A stretch of DNA of 17,821 nt from Promethearchaeota archaeon (lineage in GTDB: Archaea; Asgardarchaeota; Lokiarchaeia; Sigyniarchaeales; SOKP01), in contig JBHLME010000081.1 in the NCBI GenBank assembly GCA_048938445.1, positions 2,955-20,775 on the forward strand, read 5' to 3'. The notes below the pieces were generated by a model. The model ran no database searches. It saw nothing but the letters and a program-made list of their open reading frames with translations, and was not told where the DNA came from. How positions within the stretch are numbered: the first letter of the stretch is position 1; the number at the start of each line of letters is the position of its first letter. Positions 1-8,471 of the stretch are shown piece after piece. The translations under genes were made by a program, and so were the position numbers.

Positions 1-751
1 TTTTCAACTTTTCAATTACTTTATCCATTAGTTGTTCCCCATTTTCAACATTAAAACATGTTATAGAAAGTTCAACTTCCACAGAGAGCCCAATTCTCGG
101 GTGTGTTTTTATCCATAATTGAGGATATTTTTCTTCAAAATTTGAAACATAGGGGGCAATTTGAGATTCCCCAATACCCATAAAAATGAAACCTTTTTCT
201 ATAAATTTACCCTTTTTTTCTTTTAAAATAGGTAAAATCACATTATTAAACATTGCTTTTAATTCCATTGGTACACCTGGAAGACAGAATATTGTAGTGT
301 TTGTTACTGTTAATTTAATCCCTGGAGCAGTCCCCCTAATATTTGGTATTGGGATTGAACCTTCAGGTAAATATGCCATTTTTTCACGCTCAGGAGTCAT
401 TCCCTCCAATTTTAGAATTCCTCTTTTATATGCATTATCATAAGCTTTTTTAATTGAATTATAAGCATTATCATCTAATTTTAATTCTCTATTCAATGCC
501 ATTCCAACACTTTTTAAAGTTATATCATCATGTGTAGGTCCGAGACCTCCCGAGGTTATAATAATGTCTGGTTTACGAATTATGCAATCTTTTAAAGTGC
601 TTGAAATACTTTCAACGTCATCTGTAATAGTTGCTATTCTCGTTACTTGATGACCTTGTTTAGTTATTCTTTTTGCAAGCCAGTTAGAATTAGTATCTTT
701 AATCTTGCCTATTAAGATTTCATTTCCAATTATTATGATTTCAATTATCAT
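1..751 (-). CDS. cinA: CinA-like / molybdopterin-binding-domain protein (COG1058); 3' end runs off the window
   Basis: Absent from the ORF track. Manual translation from ATG at 751: MIIEIIIIGNEILIGKIKDTNSNWLA...IIITSGGLGPTHDDIT...KMAYLPEGSIPIPNIRGTAPG...IFCLPGVPMELKAMF...GIGESQIAP. GNEIL, DTN, GGLGPTxDD and LPGVPxE are signatures of this family. No stop before position 1. Confidence 0.9.
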   Translation of the reverse strand, partial: MIIEIIIIGNEILIGKIKDTNSNWLAKRITKQGHQVTRIATITDDVESISSTLKDCIIRKPDIIITSGGLGPTHDDITLKSVGMALNRELKLDDNAYNSIKKAYDNAYKRGILKLEGMTPEREKMAYLPEGSIPIPNIRGTAPGIKLTVTNTTIFCLPGVPMELKAMFNNVILPILKEKKGKFIEKGFIFMGIGESQIAPYVSNFEEKYPQLWIKTHPRIGLSVEVELSITCFNVENGEQLMDKVIEKLK

Positions 752-831
752 TATTAATAACTAAAATTTGAACAAAATAAAAAATTTTTATGAATCATTA
801 ATACTATGGTTAATTATACTTCTGGTTAAAT

Positions 832-1437
832 GTGGAGATAAAATTTTTGGCACAAACGAGTGAAAAAACTGGAAAAATCCTAATTGATGATGCCGGAACA
901 GGAGATCTTGTTGGAAATGCATTCATAGGATTTCTTAGAAAAGAAACAGGACAAATTATATTCAAAACCATTCCAGTTGAAATGTTTAATGAAGAAAATT
1001 GGAATAAAAGAATGCCTTACAAGGTTGTTGTGGATTTAGTTAAAGAAGGATTAAAAGAATTAAAATTTCAAAAGGATAAGGATAAGATTTTAATATGTAG
1101 GGGAAACATATTTGACCAAGTGAGAACATATTTCAATGAAGATGGTATTCAACATAAACCTGCAATTATTGAAGGAAAATTACAAGATGCTGTGGAAGGA
1201 AGGTTTATTTCCCACCTTCGAAATGACTTAGGGATTAAATCAAAAAGTCTCACTAAAAAAAGCGGAGCTAAAAGATATTTTGTATTATTTAACTGGGTTT
1301 CAAAAGATTTCTATAATCGAGAGAAATATGTTAAATCAGGATTTAAAAGATGGAGAACAATTTGGAGAGAAAAAGCTCTTGAGAAGTACAATAAAATGAA
1401 ACATCCAAAACATTCTCCACATAAAATATCCAACTAA
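832..1437 (+). CDS. Conserved hypothetical protein with RNase H-like (HII/HIII motif I-like) N-terminus; probable true start TTG at 847
   Basis: 201-aa ORF. ILIDDAGTGDLVG resembles the type 2 RNase H motif GxDExGxG. GGAGAT (834-839) overlaps the GTG at 832 and lies 7 nt before the in-frame TTG at 847. Confidence 0.65.
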   Translation: MEIKFLAQTSEKTGKILIDDAGTGDLVGNAFIGFLRKETGQIIFKTIPVEMFNEENWNKRMPYKVVVDLVKEGLKELKFQKDKDKILICRGNIFDQVRTYFNEDGIQHKPAIIEGKLQDAVEGRFISHLRNDLGIKSKSLTKKSGAKRYFVLFNWVSKDFYNREKYVKSGFKRWRTIWREKALEKYNKMKHPKHSPHKISN

Positions 1438-1441
1438 ATGG

Positions 1442-2068
1442 TTAAGCTAAATCAATTTTACAGCTTTTACATGTTTTTGCATTAGGTGGATTTTCGGTTC
1501 CACATGCGAAGCAAATCTTATTATTATCATCTCCAGAGCGTTTCAAACTAATTTTATCATCAACTTTATTCTCACTTTCACTTTCTTCACTATCTAACTT
1601 GTAAATTTTTCTAGCATCTTTAATAAGTTCCCCGTTAAGTTCCCTATGAGGAGTAAGAATTTTAAAATCATTTGATGCCTTGATTTCAAGAAATCCCTCA
1701 GGCATTCCTTTTATGTCAGAATCTTCAACAATTTTATGTGTTTTGGATGAAGGTGATTCTTTATCTATATCTTGATCATCTAGTACTTGATCATCAATTG
1801 GTACCTGAGGCAATTCAATTTCCGGAACTGGTTTAGGAATCACTAATTTTACTTTTAATTCTTTAATATGTTGAACGATTTGTTCAGTTTTATTAATTAG
1901 CATTGTTCTATAAGTACTTTCGATTTTAGGATCCTTCGAAGCTTTCAAAGTCATTTCTGTTATGACAATCCATGCATCTATTGCTTTTTTTAATTCATCA
2001 TTTTTTTCATGACTATTTGCAATAGCTACTTTTTTTGCTAATTCTCTATTAAATGATTCTATGTCCAT
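1442..2068 (-). CDS. MIT-like helical domain + MIM2-like proline motif + acidic linker + C-terminal zinc ribbon protein
   Basis: Residues ~5-72 have a three-helix MIT-like pattern (A...E...LKKAIDAW.....L....K......R..L..K..QI...I.ELK). IELPQVP at aa 84-90. C-terminal CFAC-x10-CKSC. Confidence 0.65.
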   Translation of the reverse strand: MDIESFNRELAKKVAIANSHEKNDELKKAIDAWIVITEMTLKASKDPKIESTYRTMLINKTEQIVQHIKELKVKLVIPKPVPEIELPQVPIDDQVLDDQDIDKESPSSKTHKIVEDSDIKGMPEGFLEIKASNDFKILTPHRELNGELIKDARKIYKLDSEESESENKVDDKISLKRSGDDNNKICFACGTENPPNAKTCKSCKIDLA

Positions 2069-2235
2069 AGGAGATAATTAATCAAATGAACTTTTAAATC
2101 TTTTATAAACCGATCTTAGAAATTGAAAAAAAAAAGGAGTAAAAATAATTATTTAAATTAGTATTAGTTTAATAAAAATAATATTAATACCTTCTTTCGA
2201 AAAATAAATATATTATTAAATGAAATTAACCTCTC

Positions 2236-4194
2236 ATGTCTATTAGGCCTTTCACTTCAAGTGATATAGAACAATTAAGAGAAATATTTGAAAAGAATGG
2301 ATGGAAAATTGAAGGTCAAATTAACGATACCTTTAGATATAGCTTAAAAAGAAGTAATCTCATTGTTTTAACTTTAAAGTTTCCTTTAATTATACCAAAA
2401 ATGCGTTTAAATATCCCTTATGAAGTAGCAAACTTTAAAGTATCAATAGTTTTTAAATTGTGGCATTTAAATGATAAAACTTTAAAAATAGTAATATATT
2501 TCATAAAAGCGTTTAAAGAATTAGCGGAACAAGTCTATTTAGAACCTAATATCTCATTAGAAGGAAAGATACAAGAATTGCTAAACTTGTTAAATCTTTT
2601 TATGCCTGAGACAATAAAAAACGAAAATGAAAGAAGCTGGTTAAATCGTATAAGAACATCATTAATGAATAAAAGAGAAAAATATTCAGAGCAATTCAAT
2701 TTATTTGATACAATAAAAACAAGAGATATGGTAGAGATCCTTAAAACATCAGGCCTTAATCCCACTTTTAAACAACCATGGGAATTAAAAAGGGGTTTAC
2801 CAAAAATTAGGACTTCAGAAACCTTACTCTTTTCTAATGAAGAAGAGAATTTTGATGAATTTTTTATTTTTGAAAAGGGTTATATTACCTATTTTAATGA
2901 TTTAGAATATGACAAGTTTTTTGTAAGGTCATTCTTCGAAAGTTATAGTCCTTACTTACTTTTTACGATTCTAAATTATAAACAAGATTATGACTTTAAA
3001 TTTGAAATTCATGTTAAAAATTGGATAAGATTATCTCGAATGTTTTTAAATTCAATTCTGGAAATAATAAATAATGCTAATTTCAATTCAAATGATTTTA
3101 TTACATTTAATCATAAAAAAGAAATTAGTAAGGAAGATTTTATAGGAAACTTCTGTAATTTTCCTCTTTCAGCTTTAAATTATGAAAGTTCAATTTCTAA
3201 AGAGTTATTCAACTTACATAATGATTTATTTGACTCGCCCCCTACTCATTTTGAAGTAATAGAATCAAGCCTAGAATATTATACAAAAGCTGAATCATTT
3301 ATTAGGAATTATCACTTTGAACCTGCTACTCGACTTCTAAATGAAGCATTAAAAATCTTTAATAAACATAGGCAGAAAAAAGCTGTTATTTCCGTCTTAC
3401 TATTGTTAAGAAAGATTGCATCATTATTAAACGACAAAAAACTTGAACAAAATTATTTACAAAATGCATTAAATATCATTAAATCTAAGGAAGTACCTGA
3501 ACATTATCTTGTTGACATACATTATAAATTAGGAAAAGTTTACTATAAATTAAAATTATTAAATGAATCACTAAATCATTTCAATACAGTAATCACGTCC
3601 TTAAAGAAGAAAGAAACGCCCTCAAAAAAAAATGAAAACTCAGAATTAATAGATAAAGAGCAAAATTACTTAGGGATGACTTATCTTTATATGGGATTAA
3701 TATATTTGGAACAAGAGAGATTTGCAGATGCTAAAATAAATTTTAAAAATGCATTCGAAATTGGTAAAAATTCATTAAGAATTAAATTATACTTTTATTT
3801 ATTCCGGGCTATCGCATATAAAAAACGAAAAAATGACTCTCAAGCAATTAAATTGTTAACAACGGGATTAAATTCCATAAACGAGGACAATTTGACCCTA
3901 TACCGAAATTTTATCCTTAAAATCTTTCTGGAATTAGTAGATATTTACATTTTCTCTCGAAAAAGTAAAAGTAAAGCGTTATTATACCTACAACAAAGTG
4001 AAGGTTATGTTTCGACAAAAACTATTCCTGAAATACACCTTGCAATAAGATGGAATCTGTTAATGAGCAATTATTACAAGTTTTTAGTTAAAGACCACGA
4101 TAATTATCAATATTATTCAAAACAAAGCCAAAATCTAATTGCTCAATTGCATAAAATTGGAGTTAAACAAATGTATGAATTAGAATCAGATTAA
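2236..4194 (+). CDS. Large TPR-repeat protein with uncharacterised N-terminal region
   Basis: 652-aa ORF. The C-terminal half has TPR-like helices (HYKLGKVYYKLKLLNESLNHF; YLYMGLIYLEQERFADAKINFKNAFEI; RAIAYKKRKNDSQAIKLLTTGL). Confidence 0.75.
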   Translation: MSIRPFTSSDIEQLREIFEKNGWKIEGQINDTFRYSLKRSNLIVLTLKFPLIIPKMRLNIPYEVANFKVSIVFKLWHLNDKTLKIVIYFIKAFKELAEQVYLEPNISLEGKIQELLNLLNLFMPETIKNENERSWLNRIRTSLMNKREKYSEQFNLFDTIKTRDMVEILKTSGLNPTFKQPWELKRGLPKIRTSETLLFSNEEENFDEFFIFEKGYITYFNDLEYDKFFVRSFFESYSPYLLFTILNYKQDYDFKFEIHVKNWIRLSRMFLNSILEIINNANFNSNDFITFNHKKEISKEDFIGNFCNFPLSALNYESSISKELFNLHNDLFDSPPTHFEVIESSLEYYTKAESFIRNYHFEPATRLLNEALKIFNKHRQKKAVISVLLLLRKIASLLNDKKLEQNYLQNALNIIKSKEVPEHYLVDIHYKLGKVYYKLKLLNESLNHFNTVITSLKKKETPSKKNENSELIDKEQNYLGMTYLYMGLIYLEQERFADAKINFKNAFEIGKNSLRIKLYFYLFRAIAYKKRKNDSQAIKLLTTGLNSINEDNLTLYRNFILKIFLELVDIYIFSRKSKSKALLYLQQSEGYVSTKTIPEIHLAIRWNLLMSNYYKFLVKDHDNYQYYSKQSQNLIAQLHKIGVKQMYELESD

Positions 4195-4256
4195 TATGAG
4201 AAATATTTTAGATATTATTCCTTATTTTTTTAAAGTATTAGAAAAAAAATATAAAA

Positions 4257-5705
4257 TTAAATGATTTGATTTGCTAAATCCGGATCATATTTCCATAGAT
4301 CATTTAACAGTCCATCTCCTCCGAATTCTGCAACACCATCACCTCCAAAAAGCCAGAGTTTATCTTTGGAATCTATCCAAGAAATGGCATCATATCTGGC
4401 TCCAGGTCGATTTCCTAAACCAAGAAAGCCCTTAGTACCAAATATGCCATAATTACTATATTGATCAACATATTTTTCACCCGCTACCCACGTCCAATTT
4501 CCCCCGTCAAATTTCCATAGATCATTTGAATGACCTGCCATATAACCATAATCATATTCTTTTAGAATTCCAAAACCGCCAAATAACCAGAAATTATTAT
4601 CAGAATCTGTCCAAGAGATAGCTCCATTTTTACTCCCAGGATAATTTTTTGGATCTGAAATGCCTTTGGTTCCATATACTCCGTATTCGTTAAGTGTTTT
4701 ATTTCCTGATATCCATGTCCAGTTTCCACCATCAAATTTCCATAGATCGTTCAATCTATCAGGAGAATATTGTCCTATAACGTAAATCACCTTGCCTCCA
4801 AATAACCAGAGATTATCTTCAGTATCAATCCATGAAATGGTGTCTGCTCTACTTCCGGGATTATTTAAGGGATCCGGCACTCCTTTTATTCCATAATTAC
4901 CAAGATAATTAATTAATTTATATCCAGACACCCACGTCCAGTTTTCTCCGTCATATTTCCAGAGATCCCTCAAATAGCCATCCTTTCCGGATTCAGAATA
5001 TCCTACTCCACCATAGAGCCAGAAATTATCGTCAGAATCGATCCAAGAAATGGAATCTGTTCTACTCCCGGGATAATTTACGGGATCTGGCACGCCTTTC
5101 GTTCCGTATACACCATATGCATTATATGTATTATTTCCCGACACCCATGTCCAATTCACACCATCAAATTTCCATAAATCATTTAAATATCCTAATTCTC
5201 CCGATTCGTTAAGTCCTTCACCTCCAAAAAGCCAAAGATTATCATCAGAATCGATCCAAGAAATAGAACCTCTTCTACCTCCAGGATGATTAGATGCATC
5301 TGAGATACCCTTTTCACCATATATACCATTGACATTTGTAATTTTATTTCCCGACACCCATATCCAAAAAAAACCATCAAATTTCCAGAGGTCATTTAAA
5401 TATCCAAGTCCCCCCCCTCCAAATTCTGGAAATCCCTCACCGCCAAAAAGCCATAGATTATCATTTGAATCAGTCCAGGAGATAGCACCTTCTCTACTCC
5501 CGGGATATGTTATCAGACCTGGAACACCTTTTGTCCCATATACTCCATATATATCAAGAGCATTATTTCCGGATATCCAAATCCATCCTATTTCGTTAGA
5601 TGGATTGCTAGATCTGTAAATCAAAAAATAGAACAGACCTAAAACACCAAGAGAAGATCCTGCTATGATAATGATTAAAATGATAACTTTATTTTTCTTT
5701 TCCGT
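4257..5705 (-). CDS. Membrane-anchored Kelch/galactose-oxidase-like beta-propeller, 6 long repeats; start extended to ACG at 5705
   Basis: Six ~71-75-aa repeats W(T/I)W(V/I)SG...GxYGxKG...PGxRxxxISWxDSxDNLWLFGG...LNDLWKFDG. The frame stays open 27 codons upstream of the track's TTG (5624) and encodes (T/M)EKKNKVIILIIIIAGSSLGVLGLFYFL, a basic plus hydrophobic anchor, behind GGTGAT. Confidence 0.8.
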   Translation of the reverse strand, partial: TEKKNKVIILIIIIAGSSLGVLGLFYFLIYRSSNPSNEIGWIWISGNNALDIYGVYGTKGVPGLITYPGSREGAISWTDSNDNLWLFGGEGFPEFGGGGLGYLNDLWKFDGFFWIWVSGNKITNVNGIYGEKGISDASNHPGGRRGSISWIDSDDNLWLFGGEGLNESGELGYLNDLWKFDGVNWTWVSGNNTYNAYGVYGTKGVPDPVNYPGSRTDSISWIDSDDNFWLYGGVGYSESGKDGYLRDLWKYDGENWTWVSGYKLINYLGNYGIKGVPDPLNNPGSRADTISWIDTEDNLWLFGGKVIYVIGQYSPDRLNDLWKFDGGNWTWISGNKTLNEYGVYGTKGISDPKNYPGSKNGAISWTDSDNNFWLFGGFGILKEYDYGYMAGHSNDLWKFDGGNWTWVAGEKYVDQYSNYGIFGTKGFLGLGNRPGARYDAISWIDSKDKLWLFGGDGVAEFGGDGLLNDLWKYDPDLANQII

Positions 5706-5710
5706 CTTTT

Positions 5711-5716
5711 ATCACC
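5711..5716 (-). promoter_or_regulatory. SD-like motif GGTGAT for the Kelch gene
   Basis: Matches part of the archaeal SD consensus GGAGGTGAT; 5 nt upstream of the in-frame ACG. Confidence 0.55.
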
Positions 5717-6238
5717 ATTTCTAAATTTCTTTTAATTTTCTGTTAAATATCTTATCCTTTTTAACTAAGACTTAGATTATCACATTAAACTATTTAATAT
5801 CTTATTTGGTTTAAATTAGTTCATAATTATATATAAAGATTAATTCTAACACTTCTTTCTGCTATATAGTTTTTTCTTTTTAAACAAGGATTATAATAAA
5901 CGAATAAACACTATTAACTAGGATTTAATAACAATAATAATTCAATTATGAGAATAGTTGATCAATAAGAAGGATTAGAAAAAAATGAAAACTCAGACGT
6001 CAAGATTTTATGTTGTAAATTTTTTTTAAGATAAATAAAAAGACTACTTGCTTAATATACTATTATTTTAGCATATATATTTAACAAAAACATAGAATCT
6101 TACAATTAAACAAAAATAAATTTTTACTAATAATAATGAATATTAAATTGATTCTTAAAGAATATTTTTTTTCTTGGAGCAAATTTATGCAGATTTCAAG
6201 ATGTATATTAGGTCTTAACCGAAAATAGAAAGCGATTC

Positions 6239-6442
6239 TTATTTCTGATATACTGCTCTTTTTGCGCCTAAACTATCACTTTGTCCACCATATTTCCCCT
6301 TTATAATCCTCTGATTGTAAAGTTCTCGAAACCTCATGCGAGGTGCCTTCTTTGAAGTTGAATTTCTTCCTGTTCTTGGTATTTTTGGAGTTTGTTGTCG
6401 TACTTTTCCAGCTTTAGTTAAACTTCCATGACTTCCGGGAAT
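6239..6442 (-). CDS. rps30e: 30S ribosomal protein S30e (eS30), ATT start
   Basis: Absent from the ORF track. Translation (I/M)PGSHGSLTKAGKVRQQTPKIPRTGRNSTSKKAPRMRFRELYNQRIIKGKYGGQSDSLGAKRAVYQK*, 67 aa. HGSLxxAGKVRxQTPK is the eS30 signature. In-frame TAA two codons before ATT. Confidence 0.93.
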   Translation of the reverse strand: MPGSHGSLTKAGKVRQQTPKIPRTGRNSTSKKAPRMRFRELYNQRIIKGKYGGQSDSLGAKRAVYQK

Positions 6443-6447
6443 GTTTT

Positions 6448-6455
6448 ATCATCTC
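6448..6455 (-). promoter_or_regulatory. SD-like motif GAGATGAT for rps30e
   Basis: 7/8 match to GAGGTGAT, 5 nt upstream of ATT at 6442. Confidence 0.6.
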
Positions 6456-6596
6456 GTTAAATATTTTTATAATCTAGAATCATTTTAAACTCTTAAATTT
6501 TATTGATTTTAAAGAATTAATATTTTAAATCATGATTGGTTTTAATAATGATAACTTCTTTATTATAGAATATCAAATCATTAATATTTCAATAGA

Positions 6597-7085
6597 ATGA
6601 TGGATTCGAGAAAAAAGACAGTAATTATTCTCTGGATACTGGTAATTACCGTATCTATCGTGCTTATCGTGGTTGATGTGTTGTTTTTTAACATGCATTG
6701 GCTAATTTGGATTCCCATTTCGATTTTAATTTTTTTAGGATGTGCTGTTTCTTTTAGTCAATATTTTATTGAGTCGAAAAAGCATTGCCCTCGTTGTAAC
6801 GCAACGCTCCCTTCCTTATATACTAAGAATTGCCCGAAATGTGGATTAAAAATTCTAACTAAGTGTCCTGACTGTGGAACCTTTCAAAACATGTATGTTG
6901 GTGGTAAACCTATAATGTATTGTAATCAATGTGGATTACAACTTGGAATAATAAAGGAAGAAGTTGAAGCAATTAAGAATCCTTATATTCAAACTGTAAA
7001 AGTTAAATTTTGTTCGAATTGTGGTGTTAAACTCGAAGAAGAGAATCCTAAATTTTGTAGCTTGTGTGGGGGTAAAATTGAGTAA
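6597..7085 (+). CDS. Two-TM membrane protein with multiple zinc ribbons (double-zinc-ribbon-like)
   Basis: Two hydrophobic segments at the N-terminus, then six CxxC pairs: CPRC, CPKC, CPDC, CNQC, CSNC, CSLC. Confidence 0.8.
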   Translation: MMDSRKKTVIILWILVITVSIVLIVVDVLFFNMHWLIWIPISILIFLGCAVSFSQYFIESKKHCPRCNATLPSLYTKNCPKCGLKILTKCPDCGTFQNMYVGGKPIMYCNQCGLQLGIIKEEVEAIKNPYIQTVKVKFCSNCGVKLEEENPKFCSLCGGKIE

Positions 7086-7175
7086 AATATAATAATATAT
7101 TTAAAAAGTACTTCTCCATTGAATTATGCTTTTATAGAGATAACGTAACAAAAATCGACATTAAAGGTTATATTC

Positions 7176-8471
7176 TTATCTAATTTGTATTTTTTTAATG
7201 AACACGATTATTGAGATGAATGCTAAAATTCCCGTAATAATAAGAATGATAGATTCAGAAATAATAATATAATTTCCATCAATAATTATATCTCGATCAA
7301 AGAGATAAACATTATAACCACATCCCGAGACGATATATTTTCCATTTAAAGACATGTCTAAACTTGTAGAGGGTTGAGGTCCTGGAGCACTCTCTAATAG
7401 GTATTTCCATATTGGTTTTGTTTGTTTAGTGTTAAATAAATAAACTTCTCTACCACGATTCTGAGCTACAATATATCCACCATTAAATGAAATATCAACA
7501 AGATATAATGGTTGTCCAATTGAGCTTGTCCAAATTGGAAATGAGAAAAATCGATTAAATAAAAAGATATCCCCATTCAAACAACCAACTACAATAAAAT
7601 TTCCTTCTGGTGAAAATTTAATAGATTCAATGGCTTGATTAAAATTATACATCCAAATTGGGATTGAACTTCCTCTATGAAAGAGATACATCCTCCCGTA
7701 GTTTTCATCAGCAATCACTATATAACTACCATCATCTGACATTGACAAACTTGTAATGCTTGCATCTATTATTGAAAAAGTCCATAATGGTGTACTGCTC
7801 ATCTTATTGAAAAAATATAGATTTCCAGCATTATCCGCTGCTGCTATATAATTCCCATCTGAAGAAATCTCTACTTTCAATGCTAATCCACTAGTTGGAG
7901 CCTCCCACAATGGTATGGAACTTGCATAGTTAAAAAAGAAAACTTTACTAGAGCCACTTGCAGCAGCAATATAACTCCCATCATCTGAGATTGCTATGCT
8001 ATAAATCCAACCATCAGTTATATTAGTCCAAATTGGAACAGATCCAGAATTATTAAAGAGATAAACACCTTTATCATCATAGCCACCCCCAACTGCGATA
8101 TATGAACCATTAGCAGATATAGCTATGGAAGAAAAAACCTCTGATATTGAATAATTCCACATTGGTCTTTTTAGTGTAGTATGAGTATTATTTAATACAG
8201 AAAGTGTTCCATCTATTCCGCTAAAACTTATATAGGATAAGGCTGAGATATGCGAACCATCCGATGATATGGCTACTTCATTAACGGATTGAGTTCCTGG
8301 TGAATAAGTCCATAATGGAATGGTTGTTGGAATTGGACTAGTAGTTAAAAGTAGATTAGCATTATCATGATCTTCTAATAATAATGTATTTCTAACTAAA
8401 AAAAATATGTTACTAACTATTAAAGCCGCACCTATTAAAATTAAAATGACTTTACTTGTTATTGATTTCAT
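7176..8471 (-). CDS. Cell-surface WD40/PQQ-like 8-bladed beta-propeller with N-terminal signal/TM and C-terminal TM anchor
   Basis: Eight ~42-aa repeats P(L/I/M)W...(I/M)SxDGxYI...VYLFN. Hydrophobic N- and C-termini, the latter followed by KK. Several N-x-S/T sequons. Confidence 0.8.
   Translation of the reverse strand: MKSITSKVILILIGAALIVSNIFFLVRNTLLLEDHDNANLLLTTSPIPTTIPLWTYSPGTQSVNEVAISSDGSHISALSYISFSGIDGTLSVLNNTHTTLKRPMWNYSISEVFSSIAISANGSYIAVGGGYDDKGVYLFNNSGSVPIWTNITDGWIYSIAISDDGSYIAAASGSSKVFFFNYASSIPLWEAPTSGLALKVEISSDGNYIAAADNAGNLYFFNKMSSTPLWTFSIIDASITSLSMSDDGSYIVIADENYGRMYLFHRGSSIPIWMYNFNQAIESIKFSPEGNFIVVGCLNGDIFLFNRFFSFPIWTSSIGQPLYLVDISFNGGYIVAQNRGREVYLFNTKQTKPIWKYLLESAPGPQPSTSLDMSLNGKYIVSGCGYNVYLFDRDIIIDGNYIIISESIILIITGILAFISIIVFIKKIQIR

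Noticed and set aside
186-443. 85-aa + strand ORF
   Set aside because: Antisense shadow of the cinA-like gene on the minus strand.
2535-2765. 76-aa minus-strand ORF
   Set aside because: Antisense to the TPR gene, with no motif.
4257-5600. Recurring DNA repeats as a possible CRISPR array or diversity-generating retroelement template/variable repeat
   Set aside because: The period (~215-225 nt) equals the protein repeat, copies are degenerate and in frame, and no cas or reverse transcriptase gene is present.
5192-5619. ORFs 5192-5395(-) and 5329-5619(+)
   Set aside because: Alternate-frame and antisense shadows inside the Kelch gene.
5720-6238. ~500-nt AT-rich gap as a possible ncRNA, origin or pseudogene
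   Set aside because: Only very short ORFs; no convincing stem, C/D box pair, ORB-like repeat or recognisable remnant by eye.
6443-6596. Ubiquitin-like fusion upstream of eS30, as in animal FAU
   Set aside because: In-frame TGA TAA immediately upstream and no coding capacity in the gap.
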